This document shows positions 1 to 10,077 of a stretch of 64,000 bases of DNA, piece after piece. The DNA is from Candidatus Omnitrophota bacterium (GTDB lineage Bacteria; Omnitrophota; Gorgyraeia; Duberdicusellales; Duberdicusellaceae). The stretch covers positions 1,608 to 65,607 of the forward strand of contig WFRI01000090.1 of NCBI GenBank assembly GCA_015486615.1, given 5' to 3'. The notes beneath the pieces are model-generated. The model had not been told where the DNA came from, made no database searches, and saw only the letters and a list, made by a program, of their open reading frames with translations. Positions within the stretch are counted from its first letter, which is position 1; each line of letters begins with the position of its first letter. The translations under genes were made by a program, and so were the position numbers.

Positions 1-457
1 CTAAATAAGTTAAAGTATAAGATTCTTCCACAGAAGAAGGCGCAAGCACTATTGTCCGGTAATCGCCATGGCCTCCGCCCCGGGTTGCCTGGAAATAATC
101 CGACTGAGACGGCCCGATATTGCCCAGGCCGGGGCCTCCTCTTTGAACATTTACAATCACTGCCGGCAGCATAGCACCGGCTAAATAAGATATGCCTTCC
201 TGTTTAAGCGATATGCCCGGGCTGGAAGACGAAGTCATTGCTCTGGCCCCGGCAGCTGATGCGCCAAAAACCATATTAATAGCAGCAAGTTCCGATTCTG
301 CCTGAATAAAAACCCTGCGGTTTGCCGGCATATTTTTCGCCATAAACGCTGTAAGTTCATTCTGGGGAGTAATAGGATAACCGGCATAAAACTGACATCC
401 GGCATCTATTGCGGCGCGGCCAACAGCGTTATTACCGGCAAGTAATTCTCTCTTCAT
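1..457 (-). CDS. 2-oxoacid (pyruvate/2-oxoglutarate):ferredoxin oxidoreductase alpha subunit, N-terminal part (truncated by window edge)
   Basis: Hand translation of the minus strand gives [34 protein letters not shown]...[12 protein letters not shown], which matches the PorA/KorA N-terminus. Its ATG overlaps the stop of the delta-subunit ferredoxin (ATGA). It is absent from the ORF track because it runs off the window edge. Confidence 0.6.
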   Translation of the reverse strand, partial: MKRELLAGNNAVGRAAIDAGCQFYAGYPITPQNELTAFMAKNMPANRRVFIQAESELAAINMVFGASAAGARAMTSSSSPGISLKQEGISYLAGAMLPAVIVNVQRGGPGLGNIGPSQSDYFQATRGGGHGDYRTIVLAPSSVEESYTLTYL

Positions 458-663
458 TTCTCCTCCCTGATCTCTATTGCCGTATCCGGGCAGACCTGGA
501 AACATAAACCGCAGCCTTTGCATTCTCTGTCTTGTTTCTTGCGGATAAATTTATAGCCTTTTTGGTTAAATTCACTACCCTGTTCCAACACTCCAAAAGG
601 GCAGGCTTTAACACATAAAAGGCAGGCTTTACACTTTTCCCGGTCAATAATTATTTTTGCCAT
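454..663 (-). CDS. 4Fe-4S ferredoxin (delta subunit of 2-oxoacid:ferredoxin oxidoreductase)
   Basis: Two CxxCxxCxxxCP motifs ([12 protein letters not shown] and [12 protein letters not shown]); 69 aa; sits immediately upstream of the alpha subunit. Confidence 0.7.
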   Translation of the reverse strand: MAKIIIDREKCKACLLCVKACPFGVLEQGSEFNQKGYKFIRKKQDRECKGCGLCFQVCPDTAIEIREEK

Positions 664-2531
664 AATTGGAATTTACACCTGTCCCATTCCTGCATTATTC
701 GGTTAAATATCTTCTCTTCAGAAAGTCCGGCTTTATCCAAAAGAATATTCCGTCTGCCAAAAGTAACAAACTGAGACGGAATACCCAGTCTTACTATCTT
801 CAATTCGCCAAACAATCCCTTCTGCTGAAAAAATTCCAAGACCGCCGAGCCAAAACCGCCTTCTAAAACACCCTCTTCTAAAGTAAAAATAAGTTTTGTT
901 TTTTTGGCAACCTCTTCAAGCAAAAACTCATCCAGAGGTTTAACAAAACGGGCATTAACAATCATTGGATAAATATCCTGCTTATGGAACTTTTCTTTTA
1001 TATTAACAACTTTCTCCACCATTGAGCCTAAAGCCAAAATAGCGAAATCTTTGCCGGGCTCTAATGTTTCTGCTTTTGCCAATTTAATATCCTCAGCCGG
1101 GCCATAATTCCAGGCAGTCTGCTTAGGAAACCGGATAAAGACTGCTCCTTTATATCCTATGGCGAATTCCAGGCTTTTTTCCATCTCGTATCTATCTTTA
1201 GGACAAAGTATTACAGCATCAGGCAAATGTCTTATACAGGCTATATCAAACAAGCCATGGTGCGTAGGTCCGTCTTCACCAACAATTCCTGCTCTGTCCA
1301 CGACAAAAACCGCCTCTGCCTTCTGTAAAAGTATATCCTCTATAATTTGGTCATAAGCCCTTTGCATAAAAGTAGAGTAAAGACAGACAACCGGCTTTAA
1401 TCCCTGCTTAGCCAACCCCCCGGCAAAACTTACCAAATGCTGTTCAGCAATACCGACGTCAAAAACCCTCTCAGGAAATTCCTGTTTTAACTTATCCAGG
1501 CCTGTGCCTTTAGCCATAGCCGCAGTAAGGCAGACTATCTTTTTATCCTCTCTGGCCAAAGCAGTTATTTTTCGGCTGAAAACATCCGTATAGGACTCCT
1601 GAGACGCCGGAATAATCTTCCCCTGTTGAGGAATAAACCGCGGAGCGCTGTGGAAAGTTTCCGGATCCTCTTCAGCCGAAGTATAACCTTTGCCTTTTTT
1701 AGTAATTATATGCAGAAGTTTAGGTCCTTTTAACTTGGCTATGTTTTGCAAAGCCGGCACCAAAATATCTATATTATGGCCGTCTAACGGGCCAAAATAC
1801 CTAAAACCAATTTCTTCAAAAAATATTCCCGGCACAAGCAAGCCTTTCATAATTTCCTCAATGCGCTTAATCCACGGGACTATTTTTTTCCCTAAATGCG
1901 GGACTTTTTCTAAAATAGTATCCACACCTTCTTTTGTGCGGTTATATACAGGCAGGGAAATCAGTTTGCTTAAATAATTGCTTAGCGCTCCCACTGAACG
2001 GGAAATGGACATTTCATTGTGGTTAAATACCACTAAAATATCGCTCTGCAGATGCCCGGCGTTGTTCAACCCTTCAAAACATTCTCCGGAAGAAAGACTT
2101 CCGTCGCCAATCACAGCCACAACTTTTGCCTCTTTATTCTGCAAACGCAAAGCCTCTGCCGCACCCAAGGCTAAAGAAACGGCATTGCCCGCATGGCCAA
2201 CAGCAAAAGTATCGTATTCGGATTCCGGAGGATAAGGAAATCCTGAGATACCTTTATATTCCCTTAATTTATGAAAAACGTTTTTCCTGCCGGTTAAAAG
2301 CTTATGAGCATAAGCCTGGTGCCCGACATCAAAGACTATCAAATCTTCAGGAGTATTGAAAACATAATGCAGAGCCACACATAGCTCCACCGCGCCTAAA
2401 CTGGAAGCAAGATGCCCGCCTTTTTGGGAAATTACATTGATTATTTCCCGGCGGATATCTTCACATAAAACCCTTAAGTCCGGCAAAGGCAGCCTTTTTA
2501 AATCCGCAGGCAGATTGACTTTTTCCAACAT
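651..2531 (-). CDS. dxs: 1-deoxy-D-xylulose-5-phosphate synthase
   Basis: 626 aa; N-terminal LPADLKRLPLPDLRVLCEDIRREII, a GDG...TPP-binding region and a transketolase-like C-terminus. Confidence 0.9.
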   Translation of the reverse strand: MLEKVNLPADLKRLPLPDLRVLCEDIRREIINVISQKGGHLASSLGAVELCVALHYVFNTPEDLIVFDVGHQAYAHKLLTGRKNVFHKLREYKGISGFPYPPESEYDTFAVGHAGNAVSLALGAAEALRLQNKEAKVVAVIGDGSLSSGECFEGLNNAGHLQSDILVVFNHNEMSISRSVGALSNYLSKLISLPVYNRTKEGVDTILEKVPHLGKKIVPWIKRIEEIMKGLLVPGIFFEEIGFRYFGPLDGHNIDILVPALQNIAKLKGPKLLHIITKKGKGYTSAEEDPETFHSAPRFIPQQGKIIPASQESYTDVFSRKITALAREDKKIVCLTAAMAKGTGLDKLKQEFPERVFDVGIAEQHLVSFAGGLAKQGLKPVVCLYSTFMQRAYDQIIEDILLQKAEAVFVVDRAGIVGEDGPTHHGLFDIACIRHLPDAVILCPKDRYEMEKSLEFAIGYKGAVFIRFPKQTAWNYGPAEDIKLAKAETLEPGKDFAILALGSMVEKVVNIKEKFHKQDIYPMIVNARFVKPLDEFLLEEVAKKTKLIFTLEEGVLEGGFGSAVLEFFQQKGLFGELKIVRLGIPSQFVTFGRRNILLDKAGLSEEKIFNRIMQEWDRCKFQLWQK

Positions 2532-2617
2532 TTTACTTGGATTATGTAATGCCTATTTGAAACCATAAGGAAAACTGCAAAACAATTTTTTCTGTCATTT
2601 AAAATCCAGTGTATAAA

Positions 2618-3406
2618 TTACCCCTTTAAACTAACCCGCTTAATACTTTCTGCCCTGCCAGAACTTTCATCAATATTTACCACCACTGCCTGCATAATTA
2701 CATTGCCCTCAGCTACGTTTAACCTGACCGGGACATTAGTGGTAAACTTCTCCAAAACCTCTTCTTTCCTACGCCCCAGAACAGAATCTTCCACACCAGT
2801 CATTCCCACATCAGTAATATAAGCGGTATAACCTTCTAATATTTTTTCATCCGCTGTAGGAATATGCGTATGAGTTCCTAATACCGCTGAAACCTTCCCT
2901 GCAAGAAAAAACCCCATAGCGGCTTTCTCCGAAGTAGCCTCAGCGTGGAAATCCACAATTATAATCTTACTCTGTCTGCGTAAATCTTCAAGGATATTTT
3001 TTACTGCGGAGAAAGGATTATCCAAAGGCTGCATAAAAATCCTGCCCTGCAGATTTACTGCACTTATTTTAACTTCCCTGCCGGCCAAAATCTTAACCTT
3101 AGTAATTATTCCCCTGCCCGGAGCAAACGGTCCGTAATTCAACGGCCGGATTGCATCCATTGAAGCCAAAACATTGCGCACATCTGTTTTCTTAAAAGTG
3201 TGATCGCCTAAGGTAATTATATCCACACCGGCAAGAAAAATTTCCCGGGCAGTTTTTTCAGTAAGGCTGGAACCGCCCGCAGCATTCTCTGCGTTGGCGA
3301 TAGTAAAGTCTATTCTCTCCTGCTTTAAAAAATCCGGCAACCTTTCTTTTAAAAATACCCGGGCCGGCTTGCCCACAATATCGCCGATAAATAATATCCT
3401 CAACAT
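2618..3406 (-). CDS. ymdB: YmdB-family metallophosphoesterase (2',3'-cyclic-nucleotide phosphodiesterase-like)
   Basis: MLRILFIGDIVGKPAR...GDHTF...GTHTH motifs; immediately downstream of rny, as in Bacillus. Confidence 0.8.
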   Translation of the reverse strand: MLRILFIGDIVGKPARVFLKERLPDFLKQERIDFTIANAENAAGGSSLTEKTAREIFLAGVDIITLGDHTFKKTDVRNVLASMDAIRPLNYGPFAPGRGIITKVKILAGREVKISAVNLQGRIFMQPLDNPFSAVKNILEDLRRQSKIIIVDFHAEATSEKAAMGFFLAGKVSAVLGTHTHIPTADEKILEGYTAYITDVGMTGVEDSVLGRRKEEVLEKFTTNVPVRLNVAEGNVIMQAVVVNIDESSGRAESIKRVSLKG

Positions 3407-3478
3407 AAAAACTGCCTTTTACCAAATTCACGTATTGCCAAAAATTCAATCACCAACAAAAAGCACTGCCGCACTTTT

Positions 3479-3550
3479 TAGATTTAGGTCAAGATTTAGG
3501 TCTGGAAGATTTCTTCAATCTTAATCTTAACCTTAACCTAAACCTAAAAT
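3479..3550. repeat. Family-1 REP-like imperfect palindrome (AGATTTAGGTC x2 ... AACCTAAACCTAAAAT)
   Basis: Lies between the rny stop and the ymdB start; related to the 8036 and 54766 copies. Confidence 0.5.
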
Positions 3551-3560
3551 ATATCAGCCA

Positions 3561-5123
3561 TCACCTCGCATAATCTACTGCCCGGGTTTCCCTGATAACT
3601 GTAATTTTAATCTGCCCTGGATAATCCATTTCATCTTCTATCTTCTTTTTAATATCCCTGGCTAAAACCGTAAGCGCGCTGTCGCCTATTTGGTCGGATT
3701 TAACCATAATCCTGATTTCCCTGCCTGCCTGAATAGCAAAACTCTTTTCCACGCCGGCAAAAGAATCTGCTATTGCTTCTAAACTCTTTAGCCTCTTTAT
3801 ATAGGTTGCTAAAGTTTCCCGCCTTGCCCCGGGCCGGGAAGCAGAAATAGCATCAGCAGCAGCAGCCAAAACAGCATAAATCGACTTAGGCTCAACTTCC
3901 TCGTGGTGAGCGGCAATAGCGTTTAAAACTATCTCTCTTTCTCCGTATTTTTTTGCCAAATCCGCTCCTAACAAAGCATGCGTGCCTTCTACCTGCTGGT
4001 CTATAGCCTTGCCAATATCATGCAAAAGTCCAATTCTTTTAGCCAGCCTGACATCCAGGCCCAACTCTGCAGCCAGGCCGGCCATAAGCAGAGCGACTTC
4101 TTTGGAATGCTGCAAGGCATTCTGGCCAAAACTTGTCCGGTATTTCAACTTGCCTAAAAGCCGCACTAATTCCGGATTTAAATTATGCACATCTACGTCA
4201 AAGCACAGATTTTTGCCTTCTTCCATTATCGACTTTTCAAATTCCTTTTTAACTTTTTCCACAGTTTCCTCAATCCTCGCCGGATGAATCCTTCCGTCAG
4301 AAACCAGTTTTTCCAAAGTTACCCGGGCAATTTCTCTTCTAATAGGGTCAAACCCCGAGATAGTAACTGCTTCTGGAGTATCATCAATAATAATATCCAC
4401 TCCCGTAGCCATTTCCAAAGCACGGATATTCCTGCCTTCCCTTCCAATAATTCTGCCTTTCATCTCGTCGTTAGGCAAAGCCACAACACTGACAGTAGTA
4501 TCCTGCGTATGCTCAACAGCACACCTTTTTATCGCCAGAGATATAATATCCTGAGCGATTTTGTCCGACTCCTGCTTGATTTCTTCAGACCGGCGTTTTA
4601 ATATCTCGGCTTTTTCCTCAACCATTTCAGAGTCTATACGTTTAAGCAAAAGTTCCCTGGCCTGGTCTATATTAAGGTAGGCTATTTCCTGCAGGCGTTT
4701 TTTCTCCTCAGCCAAGAGTTCGTTTAACTGATGGTTTTTCTTTTCTAACGTCTGCTCCGCATCTTTTAACTGGACACGTACCCGTTCTACTTCCGATTCT
4801 TTCTGCTGAAAAAACTCAACCCTTTTTTCCAAATTTTCTTCTCTCTGCAAAATTCTCTTTTCCAGAGCATCCAGATCTTTCCTCTTCTTTTCAGTCTGAG
4901 CCTCAAAATCCACCCGCAGTTTATAAAGCATCTCTTTAGCGTCCAGTTCAGCCTTTCTCTTAATATCCTCTGCCTTCCCCTGTGCCTGCTTTATCAAAGA
5001 CCCTGCTTCTTCTTTTTCCCTTTTCCGGGCTTTTTCCGAGGATTTTGCCCCGAAGAAAAAGCCACAGCCTGCGCCTAAACCTAAAGACGCCAGGATAAAT
5101 ATAATCCCTGCTGCACTGAGCAT
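3561..5123 (-). CDS. rny: Ribonuclease Y
   Basis: 520 aa; N-terminal TM segment, long coiled-coil, KH domain ([16 protein letters not shown]) and HD domain (LHDIGKA). Confidence 0.9.
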   Translation of the reverse strand: MLSAAGIIFILASLGLGAGCGFFFGAKSSEKARKREKEEAGSLIKQAQGKAEDIKRKAELDAKEMLYKLRVDFEAQTEKKRKDLDALEKRILQREENLEKRVEFFQQKESEVERVRVQLKDAEQTLEKKNHQLNELLAEEKKRLQEIAYLNIDQARELLLKRIDSEMVEEKAEILKRRSEEIKQESDKIAQDIISLAIKRCAVEHTQDTTVSVVALPNDEMKGRIIGREGRNIRALEMATGVDIIIDDTPEAVTISGFDPIRREIARVTLEKLVSDGRIHPARIEETVEKVKKEFEKSIMEEGKNLCFDVDVHNLNPELVRLLGKLKYRTSFGQNALQHSKEVALLMAGLAAELGLDVRLAKRIGLLHDIGKAIDQQVEGTHALLGADLAKKYGEREIVLNAIAAHHEEVEPKSIYAVLAAAADAISASRPGARRETLATYIKRLKSLEAIADSFAGVEKSFAIQAGREIRIMVKSDQIGDSALTVLARDIKKKIEDEMDYPGQIKITVIRETRAVDYAR

Positions 5124-5150
5124 AAAATCCCTCCTTTTTAGCGAATCTTT

Positions 5151-5735
5151 TTAAGAACTAACTACGATGTTTACAGGTTCGTCAAATTGCGGTTCTTTAG
5201 GCAGGCCTTTTTGGAGTTGAAACGCAAAACAAATTCCTAATTTTACCGTAGGCTTTTTTATCCTTTTCAAAAGCCGGTCATAATAACCCTTACCCCGGCC
5301 TAAACGCCAGCCTTGCTCGTCAAAAGCAAGGCCGGGAACAAGAATTAAATCCACCTGCTTTAAATCCATAAGTTCAGCCGCATTAACATCCGGCTGTTTT
5401 ATTCCCCATGGTCCGTAAACTAAGTTATCAAGCCCTTTTATCCGGTAAAACTTTAAATCTCCGGACTGCTGGTTCACTACCGGCAGCCCGACGGACTTTC
5501 CTTCTCCAATAGCCTGCAGCAACACCTCTCTTATATCAACTTCTTCTGCTAAAGGGTAATAACCGGCAATTGTTTTCGCTTTCTTATATACCGGCAAAGA
5601 CTTAATTTTACCGCAAACATCTTTACTCCTCCTTTTTAATTCCTCTTTAGAAATACGGGATAAAATCTGCACAATCTTTCGGCGTAAAAACTGTTTCTGC
5701 TCCCGAATATTTTCCTGCTCTATTAACCGCTTCAT
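5151..5735 (-). CDS. 5-formyltetrahydrofolate cyclo-ligase
   Basis: 194 aa; GRGKGYYDRLL signature of the 5-FCL family. Confidence 0.7.
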   Translation of the reverse strand: MKRLIEQENIREQKQFLRRKIVQILSRISKEELKRRSKDVCGKIKSLPVYKKAKTIAGYYPLAEEVDIREVLLQAIGEGKSVGLPVVNQQSGDLKFYRIKGLDNLVYGPWGIKQPDVNAAELMDLKQVDLILVPGLAFDEQGWRLGRGKGYYDRLLKRIKKPTVKLGICFAFQLQKGLPKEPQFDEPVNIVVSS

Positions 5736-5738
5736 AAG

Positions 5739-6470
5739 TTAAACAACATTTGCCTTCACAGACGCCGGATAAAACTGTTTAGAATAATCCCCTGCCGGCA
5801 AAATCCTTTGTAAATTACCAGCTGTGCCTAAACGCTCATATATTCTAACCCATACACAATCTCTCTCAGGATATACTTCACACTTTCCGTCTTTCACCCC
5901 GCCGCAAGGCCCGTTTAACATGCCCTTAGGGCACAAAGCCTTGGGGCATAAGCCTGCTGTTTCAGCCAAAACACAGTCTCCACACAAAAGACAGGCTTTA
6001 TTAATATCTCCCTTAGATGTAGTTACTCCGGCAAAAACCGTATTGCATCCAGGGATAACAGGGATATTCACTCTTAAATTATCTCCGGCCGACTGAACTC
6101 CCAAGCCGCAGGAAAAAACTAAGACTGCCTGACTTTGTTTTAAAGCCGGCATATTTTTGGCAAATGCCCTGCGCACCGACGCAGCATTACAGCCAACATC
6201 CGGCACACAAGAACCTGTTATCTGCCAGCCGTCTGCTTCTAAAATCCCCTGCCACTGCTCTAAAGCCTGTTCTGAGCCTGTTCCGCAAACCGTAGCACAA
6301 TCCCCGCAGCCGCAGAGAAAAACCCGTTTTACCCCTGACAAAGATTTCTCTATCTCATTTTTATCCTTAAACTGCGTAACTATCATAATTAAAAACCTCA
6401 GGTATAAGTTTATAACAAAAATCCAAAAATACAAGGCTTTTGTTGAGAGGTATAACAACTTGACAGCCAA
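5739..6470 (-). CDS. Cys-rich protein resembling the methylene-tetrahydrofolate reductase C-terminal (MetV-like) domain
   Basis: Several CxxC clusters and an LNGPCGG motif. The true start is probably the internal MIVTQFKD near 6386. It lies next to 5-FCL, giving a folate-related context. Confidence 0.45.
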   Translation of the reverse strand: MAVKLLYLSTKALYFWIFVINLYLRFLIMIVTQFKDKNEIEKSLSGVKRVFLCGCGDCATVCGTGSEQALEQWQGILEADGWQITGSCVPDVGCNAASVRRAFAKNMPALKQSQAVLVFSCGLGVQSAGDNLRVNIPVIPGCNTVFAGVTTSKGDINKACLLCGDCVLAETAGLCPKALCPKGMLNGPCGGVKDGKCEVYPERDCVWVRIYERLGTAGNLQRILPAGDYSKQFYPASVKANVV

Positions 6471-6501
6471 ATAGTTAGATCGTAAGAATATAAATCTTGA
6501 A

Positions 6502-7779
6502 TTAAGGCTGGTAATATTTCTTTTTAGACTTCCTATATTCCTGATATACCCCCTGAGAGTAATTATGCGGGTATTTGTAGCCTTTGCCTCTGCCTAATTT
6601 TTCTGCAGATTTATAATGGCTGTCCTGTAAATGCTGAGGCACTTCTTCTGTCAAGCCAGACTGCACATCCTCCATAGCAGACTCTATTGCTTTGTAAGCA
6701 GCGTTAGACTTTGGCGCTTTTGCCAGGTAAATAGTTATTTCTGATAAAACAATCCTGGCCTCCGGCATACCTATATACTCTACTGCCTGATAAGCAGCGT
6801 TTGCCAACACCAAAGCCGCCGTATCAGCCAGACCAATGTCTTCAGCAGATAAGATAACCAGTCTGCGGCAAATAAACCTGGGGTCTTCGCCGGCAGTAAG
6901 CATTTTTGCCAGCCAATACAAAGCGCTGTCAACATCCGAACCCCGCACAGATTTAATAAAAGCCGAAATAGTGTCGTAATGGTAATCGCCTTTGCGGTCA
7001 TAAACAATATTTTTCTGAGCCAAACAATTCCTAATTGTATCTAAAGTAATCTTAACTCTGCCTTCCCGGGGTTTTGTAGTCATTGCGGCTATTTCTAAAG
7101 CAGTCAAAGCTGTCCGGGCATCCCCTGAACTTTCCAGAGCAATAAAATCCAAAACTTCCGGGGCCACTTCAATTGCCAGCATGCCCAAACCTTTTTCTTT
7201 ATCTGCCAATGCCCGGAGCAAAATCTCTTTTATGTCTTCCGCATAAAGAGGTTTTAGTTCGCAAATAGCTGAACGGGAAGTCAAGGCCGGGCTGATAAAA
7301 AAGAATGGATTATTAGTCGTAGCCCCTACTAAAACAATTGTCCCGGTTTCTGTATCCGGAATTAAAACATCCTGCTGGCTGCGGGTTAAACGGTGAAACT
7401 CGTCTATAAACAAAACTGTTTTTTTGCCCCCTGCCTTCAAACGCGCCCGCGCCTGGCTGATTTCTTTTTTTATTTCACTAACATTAGAAAATGCGGCATT
7501 CAAGATAACAAAATGCGCATTAGTGGTTTTAGAAATTACAAAACCTAAAGAAGTTTTGCCTACTCCGGGAGGGCCGTAAAGGATTAAAGAAGACAACCTG
7601 TCTGCTTCTATGCTGCGCCGCAGGAATTTATCAGGACCTAAAAGATGTTTTTGCCCGGAGAAATCCTGCAAAGATTCCGGCCGCATCCTGACAGCCAAAG
7701 GCAATTTCTGTTTATGAGAAACATTTTCTAAAAATAAATCCTGCATAATAGACCAAATAGCCAAAGCGGGAATAAACAC
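6502..7779 (-). CDS. rarA: Replication-associated recombination protein A (AAA ATPase)
   Basis: LYGPPGVGKTSL Walker A, IDEFHR Walker B, and a MgsA C-terminal domain. Confidence 0.85.
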   Translation of the reverse strand: MFIPALAIWSIMQDLFLENVSHKQKLPLAVRMRPESLQDFSGQKHLLGPDKFLRRSIEADRLSSLILYGPPGVGKTSLGFVISKTTNAHFVILNAAFSNVSEIKKEISQARARLKAGGKKTVLFIDEFHRLTRSQQDVLIPDTETGTIVLVGATTNNPFFFISPALTSRSAICELKPLYAEDIKEILLRALADKEKGLGMLAIEVAPEVLDFIALESSGDARTALTALEIAAMTTKPREGRVKITLDTIRNCLAQKNIVYDRKGDYHYDTISAFIKSVRGSDVDSALYWLAKMLTAGEDPRFICRRLVILSAEDIGLADTAALVLANAAYQAVEYIGMPEARIVLSEITIYLAKAPKSNAAYKAIESAMEDVQSGLTEEVPQHLQDSHYKSAEKLGRGKGYKYPHNYSQGVYQEYRKSKKKYYQP

Positions 7780-8035
7780 TTCCTGCGGTAAAAATCCCCG
7801 CCAAACGCCCGAAATAGAGAGCTCTTTTTAAGTCCTGTCCTCACACACGTGGGCGCCTGTCTCTTCTGCCGCAGCAAAAGAAAATTCCGGCTCCCTCTAA
7901 ATTGATGTTGGCTTAAAAGTTCATCTCTATTTCGCAGCAGGCAGGGATTATTTTTCTCAACAACAACGTTAAGTTATCTTACCCCAATTAATAAAAAAAT
8001 CAAGCCGCCGTTAAAAAGCGCTTTAGCGATTCTTA

Positions 8036-8086
8036 AGATTTAGGTCGAGGATTGGGTCTAAATTCCCTCAACCTTCACCTAAATCT
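8036..8086. repeat. Family-1 REP-like palindrome AGATTTAGGTCGAGG-(21 nt)-CCTTCACCTAAATCT
   Basis: 10-15-bp inverted arms immediately after the pheT stop. Confidence 0.55.
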
Positions 8087-8097
8087 ACCCCGTCGGG

Positions 8098-10077
8098 TTA
8101 ACGCAAAATAACCCCGGGCAGGGCCATTAAAGCCCGGCGGACTTTTTCGTGGACAGAATCGACTTCTTCAGAAGTCAATGTCCGGCTGGGATGCTGGTAG
8201 GACAGCCGCAAAGTCATACCCAAAAACCCTGCGGGTAGTTTTTTCCCGGAATAAAAATCTATTGCCTGCCAATTTCGGCAAAGCCCTGCAGCAGTCTTAT
8301 TTATCATCTCTTCTATGGCGGAAAATTCCTGCTGTCTGCTCAAAGCAAAACTAATATCTCGGAAAACCTGAGGGAGCAAGGAAACCGGTCTATATTTAGC
8401 CGGCCCGGCCAAAGTGCAAATCTTTTCAACTTCCATCTCGCATAAAAATACTTCCTGGGAAAAACCGTATTTATCCTTTAACAAGGAATTTAATGCCGCC
8501 AGAAAACCCAGAGATTGGCCCTGGCAGATAATGCCGGCACAGGAAACAAAACCGGGCTTTTCTATTTTTTTAAACTCAGGCTCTATACCTGTTTTTTCAA
8601 GCAAGGTGTGAATTGCTGCTTTCATCCGCAGTATATCTAAAGCCTGAGAAGAAGTCGTGCCTAAACATAAAGATTGGACTTCTCTATGCCGGTTGTTCTG
8701 GCTGAAAAATATGCGGCCCAATTCAAAAAACTTTAGGCCCTCCTGTTTATGGCTTAAGTTGTAATTTAATGCCTTTACCATTCCCAAACAAAGGCTGGTG
8801 CGCAAAACCCCTTCTTCTCTACGCAAAGCATTGGCAAGAAAAACAGGTTCTTTTAAAGAGAAATCTTTTGCCTCGGTCTGTTGGACCAAAGAATAAGTTA
8901 TTATTTCCTGAAACCCGCAGGCATTAAGTTTTCGGCGCAAAAGGTTGTCAAACCTAAACTCCGGGCTGGAACTCTTGCGGGAAAGCAGAGGAAGATTAAC
9001 CGGAATTTTACCATAGCCGTAAATACGGGCAATTTCTTCAAACACATCTTCTTTCGCCTGCAAATCCCTGCGGAAAGCCGGCGGGGTAAATACAATTCTG
9101 CCGGCACTGCTTTTTACTTTACCGCCTAAAGAACGCAGGATTTTTTTAATTCTGCCTGCAGGCACATTCAGGCCTAAATGCCGGACAACCTGCCGGGGAG
9201 AAAAAGATATTGTTTTAGACTTAGGAACAGATATTATTCCGGACTTTACCCAGCTGGCCACCTTGCCATGGCAGAGGATGCCAAACATTTCGCAAGCCTG
9301 CCTAAATGCCTCAAAAGTATATAAAGGGTAAACATAGCGCTCAAACCTATAAGAAGAATCTGTGCTTAAGCCCGCTATTCTTGCGCCCCTGCGCACGACC
9401 AAAGGGTTAAATATGGCGGCCTCTAAAAATATATTCCGGGTATCAGAAGAAATCTCTGTTTCCTTACCGCCCATTATGCCTGCCAGAGCTATAGGCTTTT
9501 GCGAGTCTGCTATTACTAAAACTTCTTTTGCCAATTTCCTCTCTCTGCCGTCTAAAGTAATTATTTTCTCCCCGTGCTCTGCCCTGCGCACAAAGATTTT
9601 TCCAAAAGAAATTTTATTATAATCAAAAGCGTGTAGAGGCTGCCCCCATTTAAGCATACAATAGTTAGTAATATCCACAGCATTGCTGACAGGGTTAATT
9701 CCACAGCCTAAAAGACACTTCTTTAGCCAGCCGGGCGAATCCTGAATTTTTACTCCCTCTATTAAAGCGCCCAAATAAAGCGGGCAGTCTTTTCTGTCAG
9801 TTACAGAAACTCCGGAATAAACAGATTTAGGAAGTCGTATTCTTGCCGGCTTAAGTCTGACCTTTTTGTCCAGCAAAGCCGCTGTTTCATAAGCCAGGCC
9901 AGCCAAAGAAAGCCAGTCGTAACGGTTAGTAGTTACCTCTGTTTCTAAAGAAACTGCCTGAGATGTTTCCTCTATATTAACCACTTCTAAACCGGCCAGG
10001 GTTAATTTATCCGCCAGTTCCCGGGCACTGATATTTATATCCACAAACTCTTTTAAAAATTCAAAACTAAACTTCAT
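8098..10077 (-). CDS. pheT: Phenylalanine--tRNA ligase beta subunit
   Basis: 659 aa; N-terminal MKFSFEFLKEF..LAGLEV; B3/B4 and B5 regions present. Confidence 0.85.
   Translation of the reverse strand: MKFSFEFLKEFVDINISARELADKLTLAGLEVVNIEETSQAVSLETEVTTNRYDWLSLAGLAYETAALLDKKVRLKPARIRLPKSVYSGVSVTDRKDCPLYLGALIEGVKIQDSPGWLKKCLLGCGINPVSNAVDITNYCMLKWGQPLHAFDYNKISFGKIFVRRAEHGEKIITLDGRERKLAKEVLVIADSQKPIALAGIMGGKETEISSDTRNIFLEAAIFNPLVVRRGARIAGLSTDSSYRFERYVYPLYTFEAFRQACEMFGILCHGKVASWVKSGIISVPKSKTISFSPRQVVRHLGLNVPAGRIKKILRSLGGKVKSSAGRIVFTPPAFRRDLQAKEDVFEEIARIYGYGKIPVNLPLLSRKSSSPEFRFDNLLRRKLNACGFQEIITYSLVQQTEAKDFSLKEPVFLANALRREEGVLRTSLCLGMVKALNYNLSHKQEGLKFFELGRIFFSQNNRHREVQSLCLGTTSSQALDILRMKAAIHTLLEKTGIEPEFKKIEKPGFVSCAGIICQGQSLGFLAALNSLLKDKYGFSQEVFLCEMEVEKICTLAGPAKYRPVSLLPQVFRDISFALSRQQEFSAIEEMINKTAAGLCRNWQAIDFYSGKKLPAGFLGMTLRLSYQHPSRTLTSEEVDSVHEKVRRALMALPGVILR

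Noticed and set aside
3982-4601. Two plus-strand ORFs (101 and 138 aa) inside rny
   Set aside because: They are antisense to the KH/HD-domain RNase Y frame and have no support.
7800-7990. ncRNA (SRP / 6S / tmRNA) in the 318-bp pheT-rarA spacer
   Set aside because: No conserved SRP domain-IV, tmRNA tag-reading or 6S bulge signatures could be recognised by eye. Only the family-1 hairpin and a TAAAAAGCGCT hairpin-like segment are evident.
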